Part shown: positions 13,288 to 26,640 of the stretch, piece by piece
How the letters are laid out: each line of letters starts with the position of its first letter
How positions within the stretch are numbered: the first letter of the stretch is position 1
NCBI RefSeq assembly: GCF_964194155.1
Contig: NC_135883.1
Location: 31,062,001 to 31,126,000, forward strand
Origin: Cetorhinus maximus
Lineage: Eukaryota
Reading direction: 5' to 3'
DNA: 64,000 bases
Made by a program: the position numbers and the translations under genes
Notes under the pieces: generated by a model
Seen by the model: only the letters and a program-made list of their open reading frames with translations
What the model was told of the DNA's origin: nothing
The model's database searches: none

Positions 13288-14455
13288 GAGGCAATGGCAT
13301 AGTGGTATTGTCACTGGACTGGTAATCCAGAGACCCAGGGTAATGCTCTGGAGACCTAGGTTCGAATCCCGCCACGGCAGATGGTGGAATTTGAATTCAA
13401 TAAAAATCTGAAATGAAGTTTGCTAATGTCCTTAAGGGAAAGAAATTTACCGTCCTTAGCTGGCCTGGCCTACACATGACTCCAGACCCACAGCAATGTT
13501 CTCGTAAATGCTCTCTAAAATGGCCTAGCAAGCCACTCAGTTGTATCAAACCGCTACAAAGTCACAAAAAAGGAATGAAACCCGACGGACCACCAAGCAT
13601 CAACCTAGGCACCGGCACCGGAAACGACAATGGCAAACTCAACCCTGTCGACCCTGCACAGTCATCTCGGGGCTAGTGCTGTCTCACAGACTAGTCAAGC
13701 AACAGCCTAACAGTCATCCTCACGGGAAGCATATCTTAGAGATAACGTCCCAGACACCACCATCACTATCCCAGGAGAGGTGGCGGCACAGTGGCAATAA
13801 GTTAGGAGGGAGTTGCCCTCCAGGTCTCATGGCATCAGGTCAAACATGGGCAAAGGAACCTCCTGCTGATTACCACTTACTGCCCTCCCTCAGCTGATGA
13901 GTCAGTGCTCCTCCACGTTGAACATCCTGGATCTCCGCTCCTGACTGGACTGCGGGCGCGTACCTACAGCACTTGGACTGCGGGCGCGTACCTACAGCAC
14001 TTGGACTGCGGGCGCGTACCTACAGCACTTGGACTGCGGGCGCGTACCTACAGCACTTGGACTGCGGGCGCGTACCTACAGCACTTGGACTGCGGGCGCG
14101 TACCTACAGCACTTGGACTGCGGGCGCGTACCTACAGCACTTGGACTGCGGGCGCGTACCTACAGCACTTGGACTGCGGGCGCGTACCTACAGCACTTGG
14201 ACTGCGGGCGCGTACCTACAGCACTTGGACTGCGGGCGCGTACCTACAGCACTTGGACTGCGGGCGCGTACCTACAGCACTTGGACTGCGGGCGCGTACC
14301 CACAGCACTTGGACTGCGGGCGCGTACCTACAGCACTTGGACTGCAGCAGTTTAAGGCGGCAGCTCAGCACCACCTTCTCAAGGGCAGCTCGGGATATAC
14401 AATAAATGCTGGCTCAGCCAGTGAAGCCCATATCCTGCGAATGAATTTAAAAAAA
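13288..14455 (+). mobile_element. tRNA-headed, internally deleted CR1/L2-group retroelement
   Basis: A box TGGCATAGTGG (13295) and B box GGTTCGAATCC (13359). AP-endonuclease-like remnant (LSHRLVKQQP…RGGGTV). Same 3' tail as the family-B LINEs in this window. Confidence 0.75.
13946..14345. repeat. Minisatellite: 14 full copies plus 8 bp of a 28-bp unit TGGACTGCGGGCGCGTACCTACAGCACT
   Basis: Counted directly. One substitution (T>C at 14301) and no spacers. Confidence 0.97.
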
Positions 14456-14499
14456 GCACTGCCACGCAAAAAAACTTGAATATTACTGCAGGTTGAAAA

Positions 14500-15650
14500 A
14501 AAAAACTGCACACAATATCCAGGTGTGATCTTACCAAGGCCCTGTATCGTTGCAGTAAGACATCTTTGCTCCTGTACTCAAGTCCTCTCGCAATGAAGGC
14601 CAATATACCATTTGCCTTCTTAGCTACTTGCTGCACCTGCATGCTTGTTTTCAGTGATTGGTGTACAAGGACACCCAGGTCCCTTTGTACATCAACATTT
14701 CCCAATTTATCACCATTTAAATAATACTCTGCCATTCTGTTTTTCCTACCAAAGTGGATAACTTCGCACTTATCCATTATATACTGCATCTGCCATGTAT
14801 TTGCCCACTCACTCAACTTGTCTAAATTGCCTTGAAGCCTCTTAACATCCTCCTCACCGCTCACATTCCTACCAAGTTTTCTGTCGTCATCAAACTTGGG
14901 AATATTACATTTGGTTGCCTTATCCGAATCATTGATATATATTGTGAACAGCTGGGGCCCCAAGCACCGATCCTTGCAGTACCCCACAAGTCACCACCTG
15001 CCACTCTGAAAATTCATACTCTGTTTCCTTTCTGCTGACCAATTCTCAATTCTTGCCAATATATTACTCCCAATCCCATGTGCTTTAATTTTGCACACTA
15101 ACCTCTTGTGGGACTTTATCAAAAGCTTTCTGAAAATCCAATTACACCATATCCACTGGTTCTCCCTTATCTATTCTGCTAGTTATGTCCTCAAAAAGCT
15201 AAAATAGGTTTGTCAAGCATGATTTCCCCTTCATAAATTCATGTTGACTTTGTCTAAACCCGTTGATATTTTCCTAAGTGTCCTGTTGTCACATCCTTTA
15301 AAGAGACCCTAGCATTTTCCCTACTACTGATGTTAGACTAACCGAGTTGTAATTTGTTGTTTTCTCCCTTGCTCCTTTTTTAAATAGTGGGGTTACATTG
15401 CCACCCTCCAATCTGCTGAAACTTTTCCAGAATCTACAGAATTTTGGAAGATGACAACAAACACATCCACTATTTCCATGGCGATCTCCTTTAGTACCCT
15501 GGGATTTATCGGCTTTCAGTCCCATTAATTTCTCCAGCACTTTTTTTTAGTAATATTAATTCCCTTCAATTCCTCCTTCTCAGTAAACCCTTGGTTCCCT
15601 AGCATTTCTGGGAAGTTCTGTGTCTATCTCCATGATGGCAGAACTAAAGT
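14500..15650 (-). mobile_element. CR1 LINE RT fragment
   Basis: LGPQLFTIYIND…KFDDDRKLG…WANTWQM…RDLGVLVH and NVTPLFKKG…VSLTSVVGK. Confidence 0.9.
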
Positions 15651-18449
15651 AGTTGTTTAATTGTGTGTCAAGGTGAAACAGCTTCTCTCAACTTACTCCT
15701 TTTAAAAGTGAGAACATGTCTAATTTACATAATTGCATCTCTTAATCAAATCCCTCTGCCCATATCAAGGCAAAGTCAGAGGACAATTGTTATTCGACCA
15801 GAATTAACTGTTACTGGCAAACAGGTGATTTGCACTTGCCCATTCAATTTCCATGAGTTTTTGCATGGCAAGTTGCTGCAAAAGGGAGGGGGGAATGGTA
15901 TGGTGCTTCTACGGGGCATTTGGGACCTGTGTGAAAAAGGCAAGCAACCGTTCATCTTCTTAACCAATCACCTGAAGAATTTTTAATGAACAGCACAGTG
16001 CATGAAGGAGGAAGTGCAAGTTAGAATTGAGTTCAATGTTAAATTAGGTACAGAAGCAAAATAAAGGAAAGATTGAATCAAGACAGAAAGACGACAAAGA
16101 AACAGAGATGATTTTTGAAAAATCCACATTAATAATTAAAGACAGAAGGAATGAGACTGCACATCTATAAAGAAAGAATGACAGGAAGGTTTTTTCCAGT
16201 AATTAAGACATTATATCATTAAAAAGGGTACTGGCACTGAAATGGACAAGCACTAAATTTTTGTGGGAAGTTTAGTCCCTATCTACAATGTTAGTACAGG
16301 GACTTCACACACTTCAACACATTTGAATGGGGAGCCAGGCCATGAGATGGTAATTTCTCATAGATAACAGGAGGAGCGCAGCATCACAGTCAGCAACTTC
16401 AGGGTTTTCAAGTGTAACTGCACATCTATACTGATTTGAAGTTGCTTTTCACTTTGTGTATAAATGACAGTGATCACCATTAGCCTCTCCATTATTTTTA
16501 CAGTAAATTCTAGCCCACGACACCATGTAGTGGGAAAAAAAGATGAAAATTTTGGCTTGGAGCCCGACTGTCTGGAATTGATACTTTCAGTTGAAATGTT
16601 CGAGGACATCTTCAGATAACACTGATTTGGGTCTTCAGAGGATATAAATGATATTATCCTTTTTGAGGGCCATTCAGTGTTTCGCATCTCTGCATCAAAT
16701 ATTGGCCTTGATCACAGTCTGCAATTATCAAGTGTCTGCTAGATGCAGAACAATAGTAGTTTTTTTCAAATGAGAGAGATTACCCATTTTACAGAACAGA
16801 TAAGTCAGTGCAGCCAGTATTATACACACTAGATTTTGTAAACCAAACAGTGAGCATTCCAGCTCCTTTCTTTCAGGATAAAAATAATCCAATCTCACAT
16901 TAATTAGAAATCATTTAGCTGTTTGAGCACCTAAGAATAAGGTAGACAACAATCTGGTTTTAAATTGGCATATTTTTAAAAATGTAATTTTGAGCATTCA
17001 TTTTTGTGTAATTGGAGCATCTTTGGTACCGGCACCATTTGGATTGAGCTGCAATTTGTAACGATAATGAAACTGTTATCTCTCAGAAATCTACAGTATT
17101 TGCAATTGGCAGACACTGGTTTGAATTTTTCAGGCCCCCTGCTACATACATCATCTCTAGTAGTTTCTTAGAAAAATGTCATGGAGAGTAGCTGTAATAG
17201 TTGTCTAATTCTCCTTTTGGACTTGCAGAAAGTGCCAGTCCCAAAACCCTTGCCAAGGAGCAAAATTTGCTAACAGGCCTCAGTTCAAGTCTATGTCTGG
17301 CTTTATTTCTCTCCCCTCTAAATTCAGATGCTCTGCAGCATTGACTGAAATCTTCCTCTCAGTCTTTAGTCACAGCTTTCCTAATTCGGTACTTTACAAA
17401 AATTCACAACAGTGCCCAAACACATGACATTAATGTATCCTCTCAATCTTCTGCTATTTCAGTAAAAAAAATTACTTCTGCGAACATGCAAGCAGCAATT
17501 TATATACCAAATATTTTGCGGTAAACTGTTCTTCCTCAGCACAGAAAATTATACAACATCTTACTCCTCCCCCCACATTGCCCATAAGTGGCACATTTGA
17601 GATCAGACAATTGAACTAAAATAATTCTTTGGGGAGTCAGTGACAGTGAAACACAGCATTTCAAGACACTCAAGAACTTTAACAGGTATGAGATTGGCTA
17701 CTAACTCTTTGGTGTTTCAACAGGCAGCATGCTATTTTCTGAACTTTGTCTAGTTTACTTGGCCTGAGCAAGTGTGAGGAAAGTGAATAATCATAGGCAA
17801 AATAAAGTTCTGAAACATTCTTTTTAAAATAATGAAAAAAAAACTTTAGGGTGTATCAATCCGAATTTACAATCAGTAGCATTTAATTCTGACAGGCTGC
17901 ATTCCCCAAGTAACATTACTCTCTTAGTCAAGGCAACATAAGATCCATAGCTTTCTGGAGAAGTTTGATCTATGTGGGATAAAATGCACTTTCTGAACAA
18001 GATTGCACCCCGAAGGTGAACAGATTGGAAACAAAACATTACTGCAAATGGCAAATGGATTAAAAATGTGACAAAGGGTTGAGGTGCTCAATTTTCTCAC
18101 TACGTATACCCCATCTGACCTAATGTTGCTGGGGTATGGTACATGGGTGGTAGCAGTTCTTTAGTACCTTATTTAAAAGCACATGCCTATTCAATGAATG
18201 CTTTCAGGCTGATTGACTGTGGGGCCACAGTCAAACCCAAGATACAAGGTATTTCCTGTATCCATTTATATCTGCTCTGGACTTATCTTCTGTTAGGCCA
18301 TTATCACTCCCTGTTCCTTTGCACCATCATCCCTTTTGTCAGTGCATCACTCCTGCCCTCCATCCCATCACAGACATTTCCTTTGGATCTTTTCCTTCCT
18401 CCATATTTGCTTAAAAGCTGCTCATCACTAACATCATCTGGATGTGATT

Positions 18450-19494
18450 TTTAAAAAATTCTTCTCATGGGCTGTGAGCATCACTGGCAAGGCCAACACT
18501 TGGTGCCCATCCCTAACTGCCCTCGAGAAGGTGGCAGTGAGTCATCTTCTTGACCCGCTGAAGTCCATTTTGTGTAGGTACAACTACAGTGCTGTTAGGG
18601 AGTTCCAGGATTTTGACCTGGCGACAATGAAGGAATTGCAATATAGTTCCAAGTCAAAATGTTGTCACTTGGAGGGGAAACTGCAGGTGACAGTGTTCCC
18701 ATGTGTATGCAACCCATGTCCATCTAGGTGGCAGAGGTTGTAGGTTTGGAAGGTGCTGTTGAATGACCCTTAGGGAGTTGCTGCAGAGAATCCTGTAGAT
18801 GGTACACACAGCTGCCACTGTGTGTTGGGTGATGGAGGAAGCAAATGTTTAAGGTGGTGGATGGGGGTGGAGGTGTCAATCATGCGACTTGCTTTGTCCT
18901 GGATTGTATTGATCTTCTTCAATGTTGGAGCTGCACTAATCCAGACAAGTGGAGAGTTCCATCACTATTGAATTGTGGCTTGTAGATAACAGACAGGCTT
19001 TGGGGAGACAGGAGGTGAGTTACTTGCTGCATAATTCCTAGCGTCTGAACTACTTTTGTAGCTACAGTATTTATATGGCTAGCCCAGTAAAGTTTCTGGT
19101 CAATGGTAACTCCCCAGGATGTTGATGGTGGAGAATTCAAATATGGTAATGCTGTTGAATGTCAGGGGAGATGGTTAGATTCTCTCCCATTTGAGATGGT
19201 CATTGCCTATCACTTGCATAGTTATTTGCCACTTATGTTGTCTAGGTCTTGTTGCATATGGACATGGACCGCTTCAATATCTGAGGACCCCTTGATCACA
19301 ATCATCAGCGAACATCCCCACTTCTAACCTTATGATGGGGGAAGGAAGGTTGTTGATGAAGCAGTGGTAGAAGTTGGGCTTAGGACACTACCCTGGGGAA
19401 CTCCTGCACTGATGTCCTGGGCTGAGCTATCTGGCCTCCAACAACCACAACCATCTTCCTAAGGGCTAGGTATGACTCCAGCCAGTGGAAAGTG
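18450..19494 (-). mobile_element. CR1/L2-group LINE (family B) 3' fragment
   Basis: GVTIDQKLYWASHINTVATK and the shared tail (reverse of gggcaattagggatgggc…). Confidence 0.85.
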
Positions 19495-20088
19495 TAGGTG
19501 TTCTCAACAGGCATCATGGTCTTTAAAGGATCCTTGAGAAAGTTTCAAGGGTCTGCTAAAAATAACCAACAGAAACTCTTGGTTCATTTGTCATCTCAAT
19601 CTGCTGTCCTGCTGGTCAATAATCTTTATATAACTCCCACGTCTGTATTAGATGTGGCCAATCTTGTTTATCAGTTTCTTTGGCGCTTTGGCTTTGCACC
19701 ACCCAAATAATCAATGCGCCATTTACAGATGGGACCAGCTTGGGGGCTTGTGCCTCAAACATTGCCAGACAAGGCGACATGGTGCACAGAGGAGGTATAC
19801 GATGCCCACAGGGAATACATTGAGGGTATCAACAGCAGCATCAAAAAGATAGCAGATTTCCTTAATTCAACAAGCGCTTGCCAAAGACACCAACAAGTCT
19901 TGACAGAATTATCACTCAGTACCAGCAACAAGTTTCACAATGATAACTAAAACAAAAATATATATTTTATTGCATACCTAATTTTTTATATAGAAAAATT
20001 ACTTGTGTTTTGTTGTGTTACCGGGAATCGGTGGAATTTTTATAACACAGGAGAGGGCCCTTGGAAACAAAAAGGTTGAGAACCCCTG
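19495..20088 (+). mobile_element. hAT (Charlie-like) non-autonomous element
   Basis: Termini TAGGTGTTCTCAAC…GTTGAGAACCCCTG resemble CAGGGGTTCTCAAC TIRs. No intact 8-bp TSD. Confidence 0.55.
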
Positions 20089-20389
20089 ATCAGGAAGCCA
20101 TAATTTCAAATCTTTATTAATTTAACCTATGTGCATTAAACGTTGTCTTTCCAATATGTTGAAAGGCTTTACCTTTGGTTCTGTTCAACATCTCTTATAC
20201 ATTAATAATGCTTCCATCCCAATGGGAATTTGTGTATTTTGTTTTATTCTTGGTAGCAATCCAGACACAGGATTATCCTAACATTCATAGTTTCTAAGGA
20301 AACTAGGATAATAGACCTCAAAATTCTAGGAAAATATAGAAAAGTGGGTGTATTGTGCAATGAGATAGGATTAATTAATGACGTCATAT

Positions 20390-22830
20390 TGAAGGCACGC
20401 CTAGGTAGCAGCGATCATGACTGAAGTTTGCATTCAGTTTGAGGGAGAGAAGAGTGGGTCCAAGACTAGTATTTTAAACTTAAATAAGGACCCAACTAAA
20501 ACATTAAAAAATATTGTCAAATTTAAAGAAAAAGCATATAATTGCACAAGGATGGGTGGCAGATCAGAAGATTGTCTAGAATATAAATAACAGCAATGAA
20601 TGACTAAAAAATTAAAAAGGAGAGAAAAAATTAGAGGACGAGAGAAAGCTAGCTAGAAATATAAAGGCAGATAGTAAGAGTTTCCATAGATACTTAAACA
20701 AGAAAACAATCAACAAAGTGGGCACTGCCCTATAGAAAGTGAGTCTGGGGAATTATTAATAATATTAATAGGGGAGGGGGTTGGCATAGTGGTATTGTTG
20801 CTGGACTAGTAATCCAGAGCCCCAGGGTAATGCTCTGGGGACCTGGGTTTGAATCTCGCCATAGGAAATGGTGGGATTTGAATTCAATAAAAATCAGGAA
20901 TTAAAAGTCTAATGATGACCACAAAATTATTGCCGATTGTTGTAAAAACCCATCTGGTTCATGAATGTCCTTCAGGGAAGGAAATCTGCTGTCCTTACCT
21001 GGTCTGGCCTACATGTGACTCCAGACTGACAGTAATGTGGTTGACTCTTAAATGCCCTCTGAACAAGGGCAATTAGGGATGGGCAATAAATGCTGGCTTA
21101 GCCAGCAACGCCCACATCCTATGAATGAATAAAAAAAAGAGATGGCAGGTGAATTGAACAGGTATTTTGTATTAGTCTTCACTATAGGGGATACAGGTAA
21201 CATACCAGAAGCAGTTGTAAATCAGAAATGGAATGGAGGGTGGAACTCGGGTAAATTACAATCACCATAGAAGTGGTACTGAGTAAATTGTTGGACCTGC
21301 AGCCTGAAAAGTGCCTGGGTCCTGATGGACTTCATCCTCAGGTCTTAAAGTGGCTAGTGAGATAGTTTATGCCATTTTTAATGTTTAATTTTTGAAACTT
21401 CCTAGATTTGGGGAAGGTCCTATTAGATTGGACAATAGTAAATGTAATTCCATTATTAAAAAAAGGAGGGAGACAGAAAGCAGGAAACTACAGGCCAGTT
21501 AGCCTAACATCTGTAACTAGGAAAATATTAGAAGCTATTATTAAAGACATTGTAGCAGGGTGCCTAGAAAAATTCAAGGCAATCAGGCAGGGTCAATATA
21601 GTTTTGTTGAGAGGGAAATCATGTTTAACCAACTTATTGGAGTTCTTTGAAGAAGTAACATGTGCTGTGGATAAAGGGGAACTGGTGGATGTACTGTACT
21701 TAGAATTCCAGATGGCCTTTGATAAAGTACCACATCAAAGGTTACAGTGGAAAATAAAAACTCATGGTGTAGGGGGTAATATATCGGCATGGATACAAGA
21801 TTAGCTAGCTAACAGGAAACCAAGTAGGCATATATGGGTCATTTTCTGGTTGGCCAGATGTAACAAGTGATGTGCCACAGGGATCAGTCCTGGGCCCTCA
21901 AATTTATACAATTTATATAAATGATTTGGGATGAAGGGACAGAAGGTATGGTTGCTAAATTTGATGACACAAAGATAGGTAGGCGAGTAAGTTGTGAGGA
22001 GCTACAAAGGGATGGAGATAGGTTAAGTGAGTGGGCAAATGGAGTATAATGTGGGAAAATGTGAAATTGTCCATTTTAGCAGGATGAATAAAACACATTT
22101 TCTAAATGGTGAGAGATTGCAGAGCTCTGAGATACAGAGGGATCTGGGTATCATAATGCATGAATCACAAAGGTTAGTATGCAGGTGCAGTGAGTAACTG
22201 GGAAGGCTAATAGAATGTTATTGTATATTGCACGGGGAACTGAATACAAAAGTAGAGAGGTTATAGGACATTGGTGAGACCACATCTGGAGTACTATGTA
22301 TAGCATTGGTCTCCTAATTTAAGAAAGGATTTAAATGCGTCAGAAGCAGTTCAGAGAAGGTTTACTGGAGTTTAATACTAAAGTTTAATAGCTGGAATGG
22401 AAGAGTTGTCTTATGAACAAAAGTTGGACAGGCTAGGTTTGTATCCAATGGAATTTAGATGAGTAGGGGATGATTTGATTGAAACATTTGAGATCCTGAG
22501 AGGTCTTGACATGGTGGATATGGAAAGGATGTTTCCTCTTGTGGGAGGATCTAGAACTAAGAGTCACTGTTTAAAAATAAGGAGTCGCCCATTTAAGAAA
22601 GAGATGAGGAGAAATTCTCTCTCTCAGAGGGTCAGAAACTCTTTTCCTCAAAAGGCGGTGGAAGCACAGTCTGCGCATATTTTTTAAGGCAGAGCTAGAT
22701 AGATTCTTGATAAGCAAGGGGGTGGGCGGGAATATGGAATTGAGGTTACAATCAGATCAGCCATGATCTTACTAAATGATGGAGCGGGTTCAAGGGGCCA
22801 AGTGGCCTACTCCTGATTCATATGTACGTG
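20390..22830 (+). mobile_element. CR1 LINE ORF2 fragment interrupted by a SINE
   Basis: KKGGRQKAGNYRPVSLTSV, GKSCLTNLLEFFE, AFDKVPH and the CR1 3' tail. Confidence 0.92.
20775..21138 (+). mobile_element. tRNA-derived SINE nested in CR1
   Basis: TGGCATAGTGG A box, GGTTTGAATCT B-box variant, LINE-shared tail and an A-rich end. Confidence 0.88.
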
Positions 22831-23959
22831 GTCACAAAATCTCTTAACTACTTCACTGCAGTGCAATTAACTTGGGATTCCCAATAGAAGGGACTCGGGA
22901 AGTAAAAACAAGGTAAAGCACAGGAGAGGAACAGCAGGCAGAATTTTTAAAAAAAACACAGCAGATAAAAGTTAAAGGACGGAAAAAAAAACACAGAAAC
23001 CAGGAGAAAGACAGTTAGCAAAGGCAGGTGTCAAGAGGAGCACAAGAGGAGAAAAGAAATACGGGCAGTGTACACAACAGGTTAGAATAACCTTTAGGTG
23101 ATAAAATATGTGTATGCACAGGAGCAAAAATATAGAACGGTAGCAATTTCAGTGTCTACACTTCGTTCTGTGTATTCACATTCATGAAAATACAGCAAAA
23201 AAGGGAGAAAGAACGTAATCAAGATGGGATAGCAGTTAAGTGTCAGATGATGATTAGCACAAGTTTTAGGATCACACCATAACAAGGCTTTTGCCTATTG
23301 AACAATTGACCTGTTACGGATGTAATTGTGTACATAACTTTCAGCTTTCATGGCCCTAAAATGCAGATTATTGTGAAATTGAGAAGCAATCACAACTGCC
23401 TATTTCAATTTTCAAATCACTGCATCCAATCTGGCAGATCAGCACATTATTATAGATCACATCACTTTTTTTTTACTGCTTGCATTTAGCCAGTTTAGGC
23501 AAGGGGAGAAAGAAAATTTAAATATTTAATCTTAACATCTCAAAATAAAAATAATTTTGTATCAGTGCTATCTTAATTATTGGTTTCCATCAAAATCGTG
23601 AGAAGATTGTGGGGGCGGGGTGAAACATAGCTCAAGGATATCACAAGGTATGTAGGCACTGTAACTGAGTAAGGCTTAAGTCTGCAAGCACCTCAGTGGA
23701 AGCACCAGACACTATTTCAGCAGATTTGAGGCCTTGTGCACAGGAATATAACATGAAAATATGTGGTTTCAACAAAATGGTGTGCCCTTTAACGAATACT
23801 TCTCAATGGATTTGTGGTAATTCAATTTTGACTTTGTACATGTATAATTCATTAAAGCAACGCACATGTTTATATGCATGGGGATCTTTAACATGTTAGG
23901 TTCACATTACCATGGTAATGAAGTTCAACTAGGTCGTATTAATTTATGGTTCAATACAT

Positions 23960-26640
23960 AAGTGAACAGGCCCCCTAACAGTAACCACAAGGTAGGATGG
24001 AGGATAAAGGAAGAAAATAATGGGAGCTTTGCAGAAAGGCACGGCGATAATCATGGGAGGTTTTAATTTACATATAGACTGGAAAAGTCAGATGGGCAGA
24101 GGTAGCCTAGATGAGGAGTTCATAGAATGTTTCCAGAATAGTTTCTTAGCACAGCAAGTTCTGGAGTCAACCAAAGAGCAGGCTATACTAGACCTGGTAT
24201 TGTTGAACAAGATGGGATTAATTAATGATCTCATAGTGAAACTCTTTCGAGTTATCAACAGTCACAGATTGCAACTCTTTCGAGTACAATCACAGCTCTT
24301 GGTTTCTGGGAGTGGGACATGAACCCACAACCCTCTGATTCAAAGGCGAGGGTGCTATGAACTGAGCCACAGCTGACAGGCGCACCTAGGTAGCAGCGAT
24401 CATAATATGATTGAATTTTACATTCAGTTTGAGGGAGAGAGGAGTGGGTCCAAGACTATGTTTTAAACTTAAATAAGGGCAATTATGAGGGCATGAAATC
24501 AGTGCTGGCTAAAGTGAATTCACAAATAGTTTAAGGGATAGGTCAATAGAGACGCAGTGTCAAACATTTAAGGGGATATTTCAGAATACAAAGAATAGAT
24601 ACATTCAAACGAGTAAGATAAAGTCCAAGGGACAGACACATTATATGTGGTTAACTAGAAAGGTTAAAGATAGTATCAAACTTAAAGAAAAAGTATATAA
24701 TTGTACAAAGATAGGCGGAAAGCCAGAAGATTTGACAGAATATAAAGAACAGCAAGGGATGACTAAAAGATTAACAACGGAGGGTGGGGAGAAAATTAGA
24801 GTACGAGAGAAAGCTGGCCAGAAATATAAAACCGATAGTAAGAGTTTCTATGAATATTTTAAAAAGAAATGAGTTAAAGTAAGCGTTGGTCCTATAGAAA
24901 GTGAGTCTGGAGAACTGATAGTGGAAAACAAAGAAATGGCAGATGAATTGAACAGGTATTTTGCATCAGTCTTCATTATAGAGGACACAAGTAACATCGC
25001 AAAAGCAGCTGTAAACCAGAAGTGGGAGAGAGGGAGGAACTCAGGAAAATTACAATCACTAGAGAAGTGGTATTAAATAAATTGTTGAAGCTGTGGGCTG
25101 ACAAGCGCTTGGGTGCTGATGGACTTCATTCTTGGGTCTTTAAAAAAGTGGCTAGTGAGACAGTTGATTGGTTTTAATTTTCTGAAACTCCCTAGATTCA
25201 GGGAAGGTCCTATTAGATTGGAAGATAACAAATGTAACTTCATTATTCAAAAAGGGAGGAAGACAGAAAGCGGGAAACTACAGGCCAGTTAACTTAACAT
25301 CTGTCATAGGGAAAATGTTAGAAGCTATTATTCAAGAAGCTATAGCAGGGCACTTGGATAAGTTCAAGGTTATCAGGCAGAGTCAACATGGAAATCATGT
25401 TTAACCAACTTACTGGAGTTCTTTGAGGAAGTAGCATGTGCTGTGTATAAGGGGGAACCGGTGGATATACTGTACTTAGATTTCCAGAAGGCATTTTATT
25501 AAGTGCCACATTAAAGGTTATTACGGAAAATAAAAGCTCATGGTATGGGGGTAACATAGTGGCATGGATAGAAGATTGGCTGGCTAACAGGAAACAGGGA
25601 GTTGGCATAAATGGGCCTTTTTCAGGTTGGCAAGATGTAATGAGTGGTGTGCCACAGGGATCAGTGCTGGGACCTCAACTGGTTAAAATTTATATAAGTG
25701 ACTTAGATCAAGGGATGGATAGGATGGTTGCCAAATTTGCTGATCACACAAAGATAGGTAGTTGTGAAGAGGACATAAGGAGGCTACAAAAAGATATAGA
25801 TAGGTTAAGTGAGTGGGCAAAGATGTGGAAAATGGAGTATAATGGGGAAAATGTGAAATTGTTCATTTTGGCTGGAAAAATAAAAGAGAAGCATACCTCA
25901 ACGGTGACAGATTGCAGAGCTCTGATATGCAGAGGGATATGGGTGTCTTAGTGCATGATTTTCAAAAGGCTAGTATGCAGGTACAGCAAGTAATTAGGAA
26001 AGCTACCAGAATGTTACCATTTATTGCAAGGGGAATTGAATGCAAAAGTAGGGAGGTTATGCTTCAGTTACACAGAGCATTAATGAGACCACATCTAGAG
26101 TACTGTGTGCAGTATTGGTCACCTTATTTAAAATAAGGATGTAAATGCGTTGGAATAAGTTCAGAGAAGGTTTGCCAGACTAATACCTAGAATGGACGGG
26201 TTGCCTTATGAGGAAAGGTTGGACAGGCTAGGAGTTAAAAAGAGTAAGAGTTGGCTTGATTGAAACATATAAAGATCCTGAGGGGTCTTGGCAGGGTGGA
26301 TGTGGAGAGAATGTCTCCTCTTGTGGGAGAATCTAGAACTAGGGGTCACTGTTTAAAAATAAGGGATCGCCCATTTAAAATGGAGATGAGGCAAAATTTT
26401 TCTCTGAGGGTCATGAGTCTTTGGAACTCTCTTCCTGAAAAGGTGGTGGAAGCAGAGTTTTTGAATATTTTTAAGGCAGAGGTGGATAGATTTTTGGTAA
26501 GCAAGGGGGTGATAAATTATCGGGGGTAGACGGGATGCAGTTTTGAGGTTACTATCAGGTCAGCCATGATCTTATTAAATGGCGCAGCAGGCTCGAGGGG
26601 CTGAATGGCCCATTCCTGCTCCCTGTTCGTATGTCTGTAT
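23960..26640 (+). mobile_element. CR1 LINE ORF2 (endonuclease + RT), degraded, a close relative of 20390-22830
   Basis: IIMGGFNLHIDW, AILDLVL, SGVPQGSVLGP, KFADHTKIG, RPHLEYCVQYWSP and the tail. Confidence 0.93.

Noticed and set aside
13288-13375. tRNA gene
   Set aside because: The A/B boxes run straight into a repeated SINE body that is also present at 20775, so this is a tRNA-derived head.
13946-14345. CRISPR-like array, or repeat proteins from ORFs 13905/13973/14029
   Set aside because: The units are head-to-tail with no spacers, there are no cas genes and the context is eukaryotic. The ORFs are simply a stop-free 28-bp unit read in three frames.
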